Below, piece after piece: positions 12,146-24,900 of a stretch of DNA of 64,000 nt. How positions within the stretch are numbered: the stretch's first letter is position 1; every line of letters begins with the position of its first letter. Location: contig NC_068995.1 of assembly GCF_001194135.2 (NCBI RefSeq), positions 38,782,446 to 38,846,445 on the forward strand, read 5' to 3'. Under the pieces are notes generated by a model, which was not told the DNA's origin, searched no databases, and saw only the letters and a list, made by a program, of their open reading frames with translations. Source of the stretch: Octopus bimaculoides (lineage: Eukaryota). The position numbers were made by a program, and so were the translations under genes.

Positions 12146-12510
12146 ATGCAATGGCCCAGTGGTTAGTGCATCGGTCTCGCGGTCGTAGGATCGCGGTTTT
12201 GATTCCGAGACCGGGAATTGTGAGTGTCTATTGAGCGAAAGCACATAAGACTCCACAAATATCCGGCAGGAGTGGTGGCGAACCCTGGTGTACTATTTCC
12301 ACACAGCTTTCTCTCGCTCTTTCTTCCTGTTTCTGTTTTACCTGTATTTCAAGGAGCCAGGCTTATCATACTCAGTGTCACGCTGCATCTCTCCGAGGAC
12401 TACGTTAAGGGTACAGGTGGAGTACTCAGCCCCTAGCACGTTAATTTCACGAGCAGGCAGTTCTGTTGATCGGATCAATCCTCGTCGTCCTAACCGACGG
12501 ACTGCCACGA
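12146..12510 (+). mobile_element. Full-length tRNA-derived SINE (second family)
   Basis: Pol III A box TGGCCCAGTGG (12152-12162) and B box GGTTTTGATTCC (12195-12206), followed by a non-tRNA body. A homologous head lies at 41119-41280. Confidence 0.9.
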
Positions 12511-12541
12511 ATGTGATGTGTCCAAATTGTTTTATCCGCAT

Positions 12542-12591
<50 letters not shown>

Positions 12592-14732
12592 ATATATATA
12601 TATATATATATATGCATGATTACAATTCCTTTTTATTAATCTGGGGAGAAGAATAATTAAGTTACGGAGAAATTGCTCTACAATTTGAAATTCATAATTG
12701 ATTTCCCAATGAATATCTCAACAGAGATTCGTAATCTCTGACAAATATTGTTGTATTGTGCAGACATATCGAGCACCACTTTGGTTTCTGTAATCACGTT
12801 GGTCTACAACCATAGTAGAGACGTTTATTGATATTTGAATATGTTATTAAAATTCCTCATTTAAATATCTAATCACCCGTAATTTAGTATGCCGTTTCAA
12901 ATACTTTGGAGGATAGAAATACGTTGTCCATTAATTGCTTTTCATTTAAATATGTATTTTTTCATGTCATATCATGTTTATTTAAATCGTTCTACTAATA
13001 TTTGTAGCATTATCTGGAGACAATTATATTCCCAGTAAAATACATCGATAGTATATATTGGAAAACTGCCATCATTAATTTATTTCATTTAAAAAATATA
13101 TTCAAAAAGTTAGTATTCGGAAGAGACGAAATAATTTATGTAATATTTCAAGTTTTGATTTGTTTACACTTCTGTGAATCTTAAATTTAAAATGTATGCA
13201 AATGCTATTAAAATTCATATGATTTATAGAGCATAAACTCTGAATATTTTAGAAGCATAAATAAATTCAAAGGCGAAACTGTGAATGAATAATTTCCTAT
13301 GTTCTATGATAGTTTTGTCTGTCCAACGTTGCCCGAAATTTTACTTTAAAATGAGGAATTAAAAAAACTGTTGTTCGATGTATATCATCACAGTGTATAA
13401 ACTGTTTGTGCGTCTGTAAATAGATATATGCGTGTGTGCTATGAGAGAAAGCAAGAAAATAGGAGAGGTCAATTGCAGAATATAATTCAAGAGAAAGTGA
13501 AATGTCGCAAAGTGTCACTAACCCTGAAACATAATTGCTACTTCAATCTCCCTATACGTTGCTACATCGTGGCATGTAGTTTTGTTCTATTCAGTAGTAG
13601 AACATCTTGAATCTGTCTAAAATGTTCTGTTTTCCGCAGTATAAACCCTACTGCCCAATGCTGGAGTAATTATCTCGCTTCATTAAAGACTAAGTTTGTG
13701 TTATTTATCTCCTCATCGTACACATGAGAAACAGATGTCCAGTACAGTTGATTTAATGCATATTTTTGACTTTGCTATCTTACTTTCTGATCCGTGTGAA
13801 TGAAAAACTATTTTGTCTCCTAAATAGGGCAACGGAATTCTTTACTAAAAGGAACAGACTGATACCTAGAACTCCGACGGTGCCAAATTGTCAAATCATA
13901 TATTTGACAATGTTTTTCGCTAGTACCATTCCAATTTGACGTCTTTGACGTATATGCATAGTTCACACACACACATACAAAGTCATACAGATAGACACAA
14001 ATACACACACTGATATACACACATATGCACATACACACGTATATATATATATATATNNNNNNNNNNNNNNNNNNNNNNNNNNNNNNNNNNNNNNNNNNNN
14101 NNNNNNNNNNNNNNNNNNNNNNNNNNNNNNNNNNNNNNNNNNNNNNNNNNNNNNNNNNNNNNNNNNNNNNNNNNNNNNNNNNNNNNNNNNNNNNNNNNNN
14201 NNNNNNNNNNNNNNNNNNNNNNNNNNNNNNNNNNNNNNNNNNNNNNNNNNNNNNNNNNNNNNNNNNNNNNNNNNNNNNNNNNNNNNNNNNNNNNNNNNNN
14301 NNNNNNNNNNNNNNNNNNNNNNNNNNNNNNNNNNNNNNNNNNNNNNNNNNNNNNNNNNNNNNNNNNNNNNNNNNNNNNNNNNNNNNNNNNNNNNNNNNNN
14401 NNNNNNNNNNNNNNNNNNNNNNNNNNNNNNNNNNNNNNNNNNNNNNNNNNNNNNNNNNNNNNNNNNNNNNNNNNNNNNNNNNNNNNNNNNNNNNNNNNNN
14501 NNNNNNNNNNNNNNNNNNNNNNNNNNNNNNNNNNNNNNNNNNNNNNNNNNNNNNNNNNNNNNNNNNNNNNNNNNNNNNNNNNNNNNNNNNNNNNNNNNNN
14601 NNNNNNNNNNNNNNNNNNNNNNNNNNNNNNNNNNNNNNNNNNNNNNNNNNNNNNNNNNNNNNNNNNNNNNNNNNNNNNNNNNNNNNNNNNNNNNNNNNNN
14701 NNNNNNNNNNNNNNNNNNNNNNNNNNNNNNNN

Positions 14733-15280
14733 ACCCGTATATACATATGTATACATATATATACACATATATATACACACACACATATATACATATACAT
14801 ACACACCTGTATATATACACACACTCATACGTCCACATTTATACATATGCACATACGTAGCTACGCATATACAAATATACACATGTGTGCGTGTCCCCAT
14901 ATACACACATGTATTCATCTACATATACGTACATGTATAGATAGAAATATATTCATGCACATACACATAGCTATACATCTACGCCTATTACCTAATCAAA
15001 TAAACAGATTCGTATATACATATACATACATGAATACATACGCAAACACACGTATGCACATACATACATACAAATACATATACATATACATGTATACATA
15101 TATACACATATATACATACACATATATATATGTGTGTACATATAAAAGAAAAATAACTCAAGTGTTTTATATATACATACATACACACACCCACATACAT
15201 ACAGAACTTAATAACGTATATATATATGGTTTTATACAAATACATACACAATTATACATGCTTACATATACGTTGATTTG

Positions 15281-15312
<32 letters not shown>
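14733..15312. repeat. Degenerate (TA)/(CA)/(TACA) low-complexity tract
   Basis: Directly visible; flanked by N gaps. Confidence 0.9.
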
Positions 15313-15717
15313 NNNNNNNNNNNNNNNNNNNNNNNNNNNNNNNNNNNNNNNNNNNNNNNNNNNNATATATACATATGTACTATTAATTCTATGTTAGTCT
15401 TAAGTGTATGTTGTTTGTTGCCTGCCATAGAAACGTGCATGAGATTTGTTGCCACCACTACGAAGCATTATGTACTTGTGGTATTGATGATACTTTGGAT
15501 GGTGGGATTGGTAGCAGTGTTGATGTTGGATCATTTAAAACCACAAACATACGCATCAACTAGCTATTAACAAATGATTTGAAATTTAGACCAAGCATAG
15601 GTCGTTCATCTTCTGGAGCTCACCACCTGACTAAGGCGTTAGCTATCCTATTACAACTGTTAGACCGTGTCAACTACGGTTACTACAGACACTAGCATTG
15701 CGGCTGCTCCAACTTAC

Positions 15718-15725
15718 AGTCACTT
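15718..15725 (-). other. Candidate 8-nt microexon AAGTGACT
   Basis: Minus strand reads ccttttctttttccttatgcag|AAGTGACT|gtaagt. There is no expression evidence. Confidence 0.2.
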
Positions 15726-16118
15726 CTGCATAAGGAAAAAGAAAAGGTTCCATTGATAGAAATAGTGCAGCTGCTGCTACTACTATGAAGAATTAACAAT
15801 CTAAAAGATACAGAGAAATACCAGCAGCAACTGATTTCTGCAAAAATAATTATGTACTTCCACGGCAAGTATCATGGCAGATTTACTTAATTCATTTCAA
15901 TTTACATTTCGTTTTATTTCAGCACGACTAAATCGTTTCTGAAACGATAAAAAACAGTCGTATATTTCAATGAAAACGTAAACAAATTCTTTCGCTTTCT
16001 GCTTAATATTGATATATATGTGTGTGTGTGTACGTGTGTATGTGTGTATGGGAGCATGTGTAAGTGCGCGAATATGTGCCTGTGTTTTGATTGCACATGT
16101 TTGTGTGTTTTGATGTAA

Positions 16119-16170
<52 letters not shown>

Positions 16171-16735
16171 NNNNNNNNNNNNNNNNNNNNNNNNNNNNNN
16201 NNNNNNNNNNNNNNNNNNNNNNNNNNNNNNNNNNNNNNNNNNNNNNNNNNNNNNNNNNNNNNNNNNNNNNNNNNNNNNNNNNNNNNNNNNNNNNNNNNNN
16301 NNNNNNNNNNNNNNNNNNNNNNNNNNNNNNNNNNNNNNNNNNNNNNNNNNNNNNNNNNNNNNNNNNNNNNNNNNNNNNNNNNNNNNNNNNNNNNNNNNNN
16401 NNNNNNNNNNNNNNNNNNNNNNNNNNNNNNNNNNNNNNNNNNNNNNNNNNNNNNNNNNNNNNNNNNNNNNNNNNNNNNNNNNNNNNNNNNNNNNNNNNNN
16501 NNNNNNNNNNNNNNNNNNNNNNNNNNNNNNNNNNNNNNNNNNNNNNNNNNNNNNNNNNNNNNNNNNNNNNNNNNNNNNNNNNNNNNNNNNNNNNNNNNNN
16601 NNNNNNNNNNNNNNNNNNNNNNNNNNNNNNNNNNNNNNNNNNNNNNNNNNNNNNNNNNNNNNNNNNNNNNNNNNNNNNNNNNNNNNNNNNNNNNNNNNNN
16701 NNNNNNNNNNNNNNNNNNNNNNNNNNNNNNNNNNN

Positions 16736-16782
<47 letters not shown>

Positions 16783-16974
16783 AAGTTGTAACATGCTAGT
16801 GATATGTCATTCTATAAGTACTGCCTCAAGAAAGGTGTCGAGTGGCAGAATAAGATCGAACGTCAAAGATGTTAGAAATATCTGGTCTTGAGTCGGAACA
16901 CATGAGTCAGCAGAGCTTGAATGCTTCTGCATGTTTTGTTGCTTACACCACTGGGTTGCTCTAGACAAATGTAT

Positions 16975-17435
16975 TCCAGTGCAAGAACCGTTCTCTGACA
17001 GTGAAGCCCGACTCCTTCGCCAAACCAAGAGAAGTGTGGGGAAAAGGCGAGTATCTGGCGCCTTCAAGTAACCAGTGTTCCGGGTAAGGTGTACTCGCTG
17101 GCCTTGGATGGCAAGCAACCTAGGAGAAGGAATACTCTGAAGAAGCTGAAACCCAGGGGACCAAAGCACCTGTCGGCTTGGTGGACCACCCTGAATGATA
17201 CGCTATCGCGATAAATTTACCGGTTGATAGTAACCTAAAAGCACACCTCATTTGTGAGTGAAAATGCCAACCAAGACAGATGACGTTGACGGTAACCATG
17301 CTACAAGACATGAATGGAGTAAACAGGTAAACATGATTGTTATGGAGTGATACTACCGAAGAAACCTCAGTGGGTGAGAATGGCGTGCTTGTCAGAGGGT
17401 ACTGAAAAGGAATACACAGATAATGGAAGGGAATA
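16975..17435 (+). mobile_element. R4/Dong-type retrotransposon 5' UTR and ORF start, diverged copy A
   Basis: Aligns with 17530-18060 and encodes HATRHEWSKQVNMIVME*YYR...RGY*KGIH. Confidence 0.75.
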
Positions 17436-17529
17436 CAATCTTCTACTAACTGTTTCTTTTTTTATTCTGTCAATGCCGAGGTGGTGATGGGAGTTGAGCA
17501 CCCATCACTCATAAAATGCTCCAATGGCC

Positions 17530-19395
17530 TGTGCAAAGAAATGTCCTCTGATAGCCAATCCCGACTCCATCGACAAACCAATAAGAGAAGAGTGGGAAAA
17601 GGCCTATATCTGGTGCCTTCAAATAACCAGTGCTCAGGGTAGGCTGTACATGTTAACTTTGGATGGCAAGCATCCTAGGAGAAGGAACACCCTGAGTTCA
17701 AAACCAGGAGAACAAGGACCCTGTTGCCTTAGTGGTCTACTTTGATAGAGATGGTGTCTCCATAAAAATCCCGTTTGCTAGTAATCTAATACCACACCAC
17801 ATATATTAGTGAAAATGTCGAGCAGATTAGATGCCGATAACGGTGTCAATGGGAAGGTGCCGCGCCGAGCCAGTGCCCCTCTATGCAATACCGTGGGCCT
17901 GGTCATAATCCAGAAACTGCTAGCCATGCTACAAGACATAAGTGGAGTAAACAAATAAGCATGATGATTACGGAGTGTTACTATCGAAGCACCCCAGTGA
18001 TGGGAATAGTGTACCTGAAAGAGCGCATAGAAAACGAATGCACAGTGAATGGAAAGCAATAGAATAGTTCGAAATTACTGAACAGAGATTTTGTGACCAA
18101 GCAAGAGCACTTCGAAAGAATGGATGGTTAAAAGAATTGGAGCTAGAAGCTATACAAAGAAGGACACTTGGTGAGGCTTGGCATGCGAGAAACGAAAGTG
18201 GTATAATGGAAGAGTCTGACAATTGTTCGCAAGAATATAATACCGTGAATTGTGAAATAATTGAGATCAGTGACTATTCAAACACTGAAGACAGAATTTT
18301 GGATCAACTAAATACAGAAGGGACATAATCTATGTGCGACTTTAACAAAGCTAATTAACGGAGACTAAATCAGTCGATAATATATTGTGATACATTGAAA
18401 CAAAGAACATCACAGGAACAAATAATCTTATCAAGGCTGCTAGCAGGGATGTCGTGAAAAGAATGGGATTGAGAACTACTGAGAATAGAACAGCGGCGGA
18501 TAGAAGAGGAAATAAACAAGTATAGTGGAAATAGGAGATTTTCTGAATATATAAACTCCTTGAAGAGTGTAGTGTCAGTACATACCAGGAAAAGAAATGC
18601 AGAACCTAAGAATGAATGTAAACTCGAAAAAGTTAGGAAGTATGGTGTTGATAAAAATATAAGCAACTGGAAAGCAGCAGAACTTGATGGTGTGCAGGGA
18701 TTTGGGATAAAAAAAGTTCAGTAGTTGCCATAAATTGATCACAGAGCAATTTTATGTATTGATCAATGGAGAAGAAGAAATCCCGGGGTGATTGACAAAA
18801 GGACGAACGGTGCTGTGCCTGAAGGATCCATCAAATGCAAATACAGTTGTAAATTGAAGACCAATTTCTTACCTCTCATTAATGTGGAAGTTATTGTCAG
18901 GAGGAATTGCAGAAGAACTGTATAAATTCCTGGATGAGAACGATATATATCGCCCGGCCTAAAAGGCTGTAGAAGGAGAGGCAGGGCTAACGAAGATCAA
19001 CTATTGATAGACAAAATGTTAATGCAAGTTTGTAAACGAAGGAGAACAAATCTGAGAATGGCCTGCATTGACTATCGCAAATCTTATGAGATAATTTCAC
19101 ATTCGCGGATCTTCGAGTGCAGAGATTTGTTGGGAGGTACGAAGAATATTACCTGTTTCCTGAAGAGAAGTATAGTGGATGGTAAACTGAACTGATATCA
19201 TACGGAAACAGCTTGGGCAACCGGGGTTTCAGAAGAGGGATTTTCCATTGTGATAGCCTTTCTATCAGTTCTCTGCATGATACCCATGACCTTGGTACTT
19301 AGGGAAATGACCTTGGGGTATAAACTAAAGGAAAAATCCCAAAGAAACAACCACTTCCACTTCATGCACGATTTTCAAACTGTAAACAAGAATGG
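17530..19395 (+). mobile_element. R4/Dong-clade non-LTR retrotransposon, 5' end to RT catalytic motif, decayed
   Basis: [85 protein letters not shown] (FMDD equivalent). Many stops and frameshifts. Confidence 0.88.
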
Positions 19396-20212
19396 TTATA
19401 TGCACTAAAAGCCAATTTGAGATATTCTCTGATTGTGACCATCGTTTTATTCTGTGATCTAACGCGACAAGCATTTTTCAGTGGGGGGGGGGGGGAATAT
19501 TATGTCCTGGTATTAATACTGCTTCTGTCGCGGATAATAACTTTTCTAGCTAAATTCGTTTAAATATCTGACTTTACTTCCTAATTTGTGCATGAAATTT
19601 TACGCTATAATAATAAAAATAATACATTGAACATTGTACAGTGTGTCCTTCTGGTAATTATAATACAATTTGTTCACAGGCTTCAATAGAGTGGGCACAT
19701 GATCTGGTGACACACAGACAAATTTGAATAGATTATATTAAAGGCAATACTTATTTCAGTTTCGTGAATATTTTGGCGAGTCCGTGTGTAAAAGGTTTTC
19801 GTTACAGGACATGAAAAAACACTGTAAAGGATAAACCATTCTTATTGTAACAAGCACAAAACATAACACACACTTGTATATTCACATGTGTCAGTTCCTA
19901 TATCCGCATATGCAACATATTTTTGTGCAGTTCCTACCCACCAAATTCTACTCATAAAATGTTCGGGAAACAAAGCCGAAAACGCTTAAGGAACTCATTA
20001 TGAGCTTGAAAAAGAAATCAACTATCAAACATCTTTGGCATGCAGTTATATCCATCAACTTTCTAAATATCCTGAAACAGGCTTCCTTTAGCTGTTACAC
20101 AATGTTATTAGACTCAAGTCACATGGCGAGCATGGTCGCTTTTTTGTCATTGTTATGTGGAAATTGGATTCTGGTCGTAATTTGTTGTTGAGAAAATCAA
20201 CTTAATGTTATA

Positions 20213-20960
20213 CGCGGGTAGATCAAACATTTTGTGTACTGTTGTTTCGGTAATTTATTTAAAAAATAAGAAGTGGCTGAATAATTTTATTATTTTTTGT
20301 AATTGCCTTCTTGTTTTATGATGCACTTCTTCCAGCGTTCCACAAGCTTGTTTATTCCTTCGGAAAAGTGTTTCGGCTGGTAGTGAAGCTGCTTGTGCCC
20401 CTTTTTCACCTGTAGCAAATTTACGACCTCGTAAAGTATATTTGAACAGTCCAGATAGATGATATTCACACAATATCTGGACTGTGAGCAAGCTGTTCTA
20501 GCAGCCCAGGACCGAATTTTTAAATAGTTTCAACGGTGTAGCCGGATGTATAAGATCGTGCTTTGTTGTGCACCAATAACAATAACACTTGATTTGACGA
20601 TAAACCTCAGCATTTGGTGCGAATTTTTCATTATACTTTGCTGTTCCAGCATTTCACTGTCACCTACACCGGTGACCATAGAATTCAGTATAGGTTCTTT
20701 TGCAGTTATCATCACGTTTTTCTGCAGAAAGGTGAGTCTTGAATTTCACTTCTGCTGGCGATTACGAAAGTTTTTACTCCGTATTCTGCATTTTGTATTC
20801 TCGTTCAAATGATGGATAGACTCAGTTCTCATCTCTTATGACTAGTCTCTCCAAACATGCTCCGCTTTCTTCGTTCTAGCAGTCAGGAAAGCGTTGACAG
20901 ATCTCCACACGTCTACGCTTAGGCGGTTTGGTGAGCTTTCTTGTCACTCATTTTTCACAG
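20213..20960 (-). mobile_element. Mariner (DD34D-type) transposase relic, 3' half
   Basis: KEPILNSMVTGVGDSEML, LAHSPDIV, YHLSGLFKYTLRGRKFAT. A TIR-like end TA|CGCGGGTAGATCAAA lies at 20211. Confidence 0.8.
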
Positions 20961-21280
20961 ATTTTATGGAAGCTAAGATTGCCGTAGAGGATTCCATAAG
21001 TATATCCAGGAAATAACTTACATAAAATCTATTTGGCCATCGGTGGTGACTCATAGGTTAGCCAGCGAGCTTGTTGAATGTTCATGTCAGTAATGGTGGC
21101 TAATGGGCTTACTGCCTACCTCTTCATTTTCACACCTTTCCGGCCACTATTTTTTTTTAAATTCTCAATTCACTCATATACAATTTTACGGCAGAGTGCT
21201 GTCCCCATATCGTATTAAAGGCCTACGAGGAATATTAGCCCTGACACATCTTAAGACAACAGAAATCGGATCTCTGTTCC

Positions 21281-21325
21281 CTATTCTTCCTCGCTGACAC
21301 TGTCATCAGAGCGGCTGTATTTACT
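21281..21325 (-). other. Candidate terminal coding exon (SKYSRSDDSVSEEE*)
   Basis: Acceptor ttttattgtcttgtcttacag then an open frame to TAG. Unsupported otherwise. Confidence 0.15.
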
Positions 21326-21724
21326 CTGTAAGACAAGACAATAAAATTTTGCAGTATCGTGTTTGGTTCTTCGTACTCTTAATTCATATAGCACTGCAAT
21401 AAATTTTGCCCTTTCATGAGTGACAGGTGTAGCTCGATTTAATTGCCTTATAGTACTATCAATATGGTTCTTCAATCAAAATAAATGGCTTAGAGAAGGA
21501 TAGTTCAGTAAATCATTCAAATACGTTTATTTTCATTTGTCGACATCGGAAGAATGGAAGAAAATTGAGACTCCGACTTCCGTCAGAACTAAATACATTG
21601 TGGCATATTGTGTGATATTTTATCAACTATAAACTGGGTCATTCTTGAGAATATTTCTGCAATTACGATAAAGTTGTTACAAATTTTACAGAAATAATTG
21701 TTTTTAATATAGACACTATGCTTA

Positions 21725-21900
21725 TATTTGGGAGCTGGTGTTATCGAATTGATCGACACCCGTACTTGACATTTGCTATGTTTATTTCAAAAGGATAAAA
21801 CGCAGAGTGATGTTAGTGCGGTATGAACTCAGGACGTAAAGAGCCAGATGAATTACCGCAGGACTTTTGCACCGGCGCTCCAGTGATTCCACCCAACCAC
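21725..21900 (-). mobile_element. Degraded SINE
   Basis: Weak match to the core family (GATCGACACCCGTACTTGAC...GAACTCAGGACGTAAAGAG). Confidence 0.6.
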
Positions 21901-24900
21901 ATTTATTATTACTGAAATTATAAAAGCAAGCAAAAGAAATTATTATGCTCATGGATTAAATAAACTTCAGTATGACTGCACAAAGTCACTATATCAAAGC
22001 GAAGATTATTCCAGAAGAGAAGAAAATAGTAGGGGGGTGTTGATCTTTAGCTCCAGTGATCAATCAGATGTATGACCAAAAAGTTGTATGGCGTAAAACA
22101 TTCAAACATTCAAGTGGAGAGCCAATCTATTTTTGAAGCAGTTCTAACCAAAATCCCATAATCAAAGTTGTCGTTTAAAAACCGAGAGATATCCGATGAG
22201 AATTAAGGTATATGAGGCTGCTAATTCCATACTATAAAACGATCGAATACATGATTTATTGTTTTCGTTGTACAATACATTTCGTATATGTTTTCTGCTA
22301 GAAGTTTTATTTTTTTATAGAGTAGAATATTTCTACATACAATCATACGTAACCATTTTCTATAAAGACATTAGCTGCATATATTGTCTCTAGAGAGAAA
22401 AAAATCTATCAGACAATATATGTGAAGATCACACAATTGGGCTATGAATGATATCAACATAATAGGGTACATGTGTTTCTGCGACGTTATACTCCGTCAG
22501 CTGTAGATAACGAACCGTTAGACATCGCAACCAAGAACTATTCTTTTAATTGAACAAGAAATGGTTCATTTATTGATGTGCGCAAAGATTTATCAATTTG
22601 AGATCAATTCATTTGAGACACACTAAGCTGCGTCGAATGAAATATAGGTGAATACAGTCATAATTATCATGATCATGTGTATTCGGATACGAAATAACAT
22701 AAACTCCAAAAATTGTCACGAGAGAAAAAAAATCTCTGCAGAGAATGTTTCTGAAAAATTCATCAATACGCTTCTGTTTCTACATTGTCATCCGTCATCG
22801 GCTACAGATACCGAATCATCGTACATACCATTAACAACTTTTTGTTCTTATATTTGTATGCCTCTAATTATATATCTTATATATCATTCAACGTGCCTTT
22901 GTGTATCTGTAACTAATAAAAATCCTTCTTGACCTTAAGAGAACCGAATGCTCTTCTAATATGAGAACAAGTGGTTCGATGTGTTAGGCTTTCGGTCGTG
23001 ATATCACTGGTATATTTCTAGAACAAAGTGTTGTGCTCTGTTCTTGAATAATGCACTCCAGTACACATTGCTCAAGCTTACGTAGTAAAAAATATGCCCC
23101 ATCACCAGCTGGATATTTATCTTCTTCGGTTTCTTTCCAAATCTAATTAGTCTAAACACTTCAGAAACTTGAATAAGCACCGGAAACATGAGCCAGTTGG
23201 ATTGAGTTAAATTCTCATATTAACGCATGTGTGATTAATCTTCTTGATTCTTATACACCGTATTTATTAATGTTGAATTTTATTGAAAGTTCTCCACTTG
23301 AAACATTCTTCCAATTTAGGAAATATTCTTATTATTTTATATTTCAAATTTCTAAATGAAATTAGCTCTCGACAATACGCTAAAATTCGCACCGGAAACG
23401 TTTGATTAGACGTTTAAAAGATTTATTTAAAAACTTTAAACAACCTCATACAAAAACATCAACTCTGGATTAAGATGTGTAACTCTTAAGCTAAAATTAT
23501 ATCTAATGATACTAAGTTAAACAGAAAATAGTCCCTAATTCAAAATCTTGAGACTACATCTGCAATATTCATATCTGACCGATTCCATACAAATGAAAGA
23601 AGCAAAGAAAACTAAAAACAAACTGTTTTCTTTTGATTCACTTCTTCAATCATGTCCTTTAAAAACAGAGAAGCGATTACTAATTTAATTAAAATGAAGA
23701 CATGAAGTTTCTGTTGTCTCGGCTAGAATTGATCAAAAGACATATATATTTAGTTTTGGTGTTCCAGCAACTAGATATGGCATTAAGTGAATTAAAAGAA
23801 ATAAAGATTTCCTGTCCATTTTAACATTCTGTCTCAGAAATTTCTATTTAAATCCTGATTTCTTGAAAGAGAAAAACCAACTCATTATAAGTGTTTTAAA
23901 ATTTTCAAGAACTGGTATTATGCCTAAATTTAAACTCTGGCTCTGTGACAAATATCACAGCATGCTTTTCGAGGACGGAAATACCAAATGTTAGAGAGAG
24001 CGGTATTTAATAATTTATTGTTTTGTGTAAATCTAAATTGTTTCCGATTGAAATATTACGCAGAGAGCCGGCTAAACATCTGTATCATATATATATACTA
24101 GCCCATAAACGGTATTAATGAAATACTTAATCATTCTAATGTAGTGAGTGCATACTTTTGTTATTGTTCCTGCGTTTTGGTGTAATATGTTATCTATGGT
24201 CACTTCAAATATATCTGCCTGTTTAAAATTCGTGACCATAACTCCTGTATGTACCGTGAATATCTGAGTACATTGTAGCTTTGTATTCTGCTTCATGTCT
24301 CGTTATATGTTAATTATTTTCTAGGTGCATGTTTAAGATTTGAACCCACTTTAACCTTTTTCTGTAAATTAGAAATTAATTATACATATGTCTTGTAAGT
24401 AGTGATAACGTGTATGTTACCTTCTGCGTGTGAAATTTGGTGATTTAAGTAGGTTTGGTTAGATTTGTAGATATAGGTTGAAAAGAGTAAGGAACTGGAT
24501 CCCTCTGTAATTAGTATTCATTTACACTTCATTGGTTTGACAACGTGGTACATTGTTTATTCTACGGAGAATCTCGTTTACTTTTCTTTACAAACTAGAT
24601 ACATATAAAATTTTCAAAAACAAAACAAAAAAATGCATTGAAGTAAAAATAGCAAACGCTCTTTATTTAGAACACTTGATTCATATACCAGACGATGGTG
24701 ACAAGGAGTTTGGTGTTAATATTTTATTACAGAAATTAATTATTTAAAAGAGTTAGGATTCTCAAAGCGTGTTCCCGAGACTCTTAATTAGCTAACTGCG
24801 GAAATAGAAGGTATTCAGTTTCAGATAAAACTGCATGTATGTAATATAAATGACATTTCTAAATTCATATGAAATGATGAAAATACACTTTGGATCCTCA

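Noticed and set aside
12148-12215. tRNA gene
   Set aside because: A and B boxes are present, but the sequence continues into a SINE body and a homologous head occurs at 41119.
13820-16891. Long ORFs of 260-450 aa (also at 26942-27742, 41313-41891, 53524-54015, 58925-59602)
   Set aside because: They consist of N-runs (X) and poly-YI/VC/HT microsatellite translations.
21330-21475. Ig-like DTAKFYC motif in the short minus-strand ORF
   Set aside because: It lacks the first Cys and Trp of an Ig fold and overlaps a polypyrimidine tract; probably chance.
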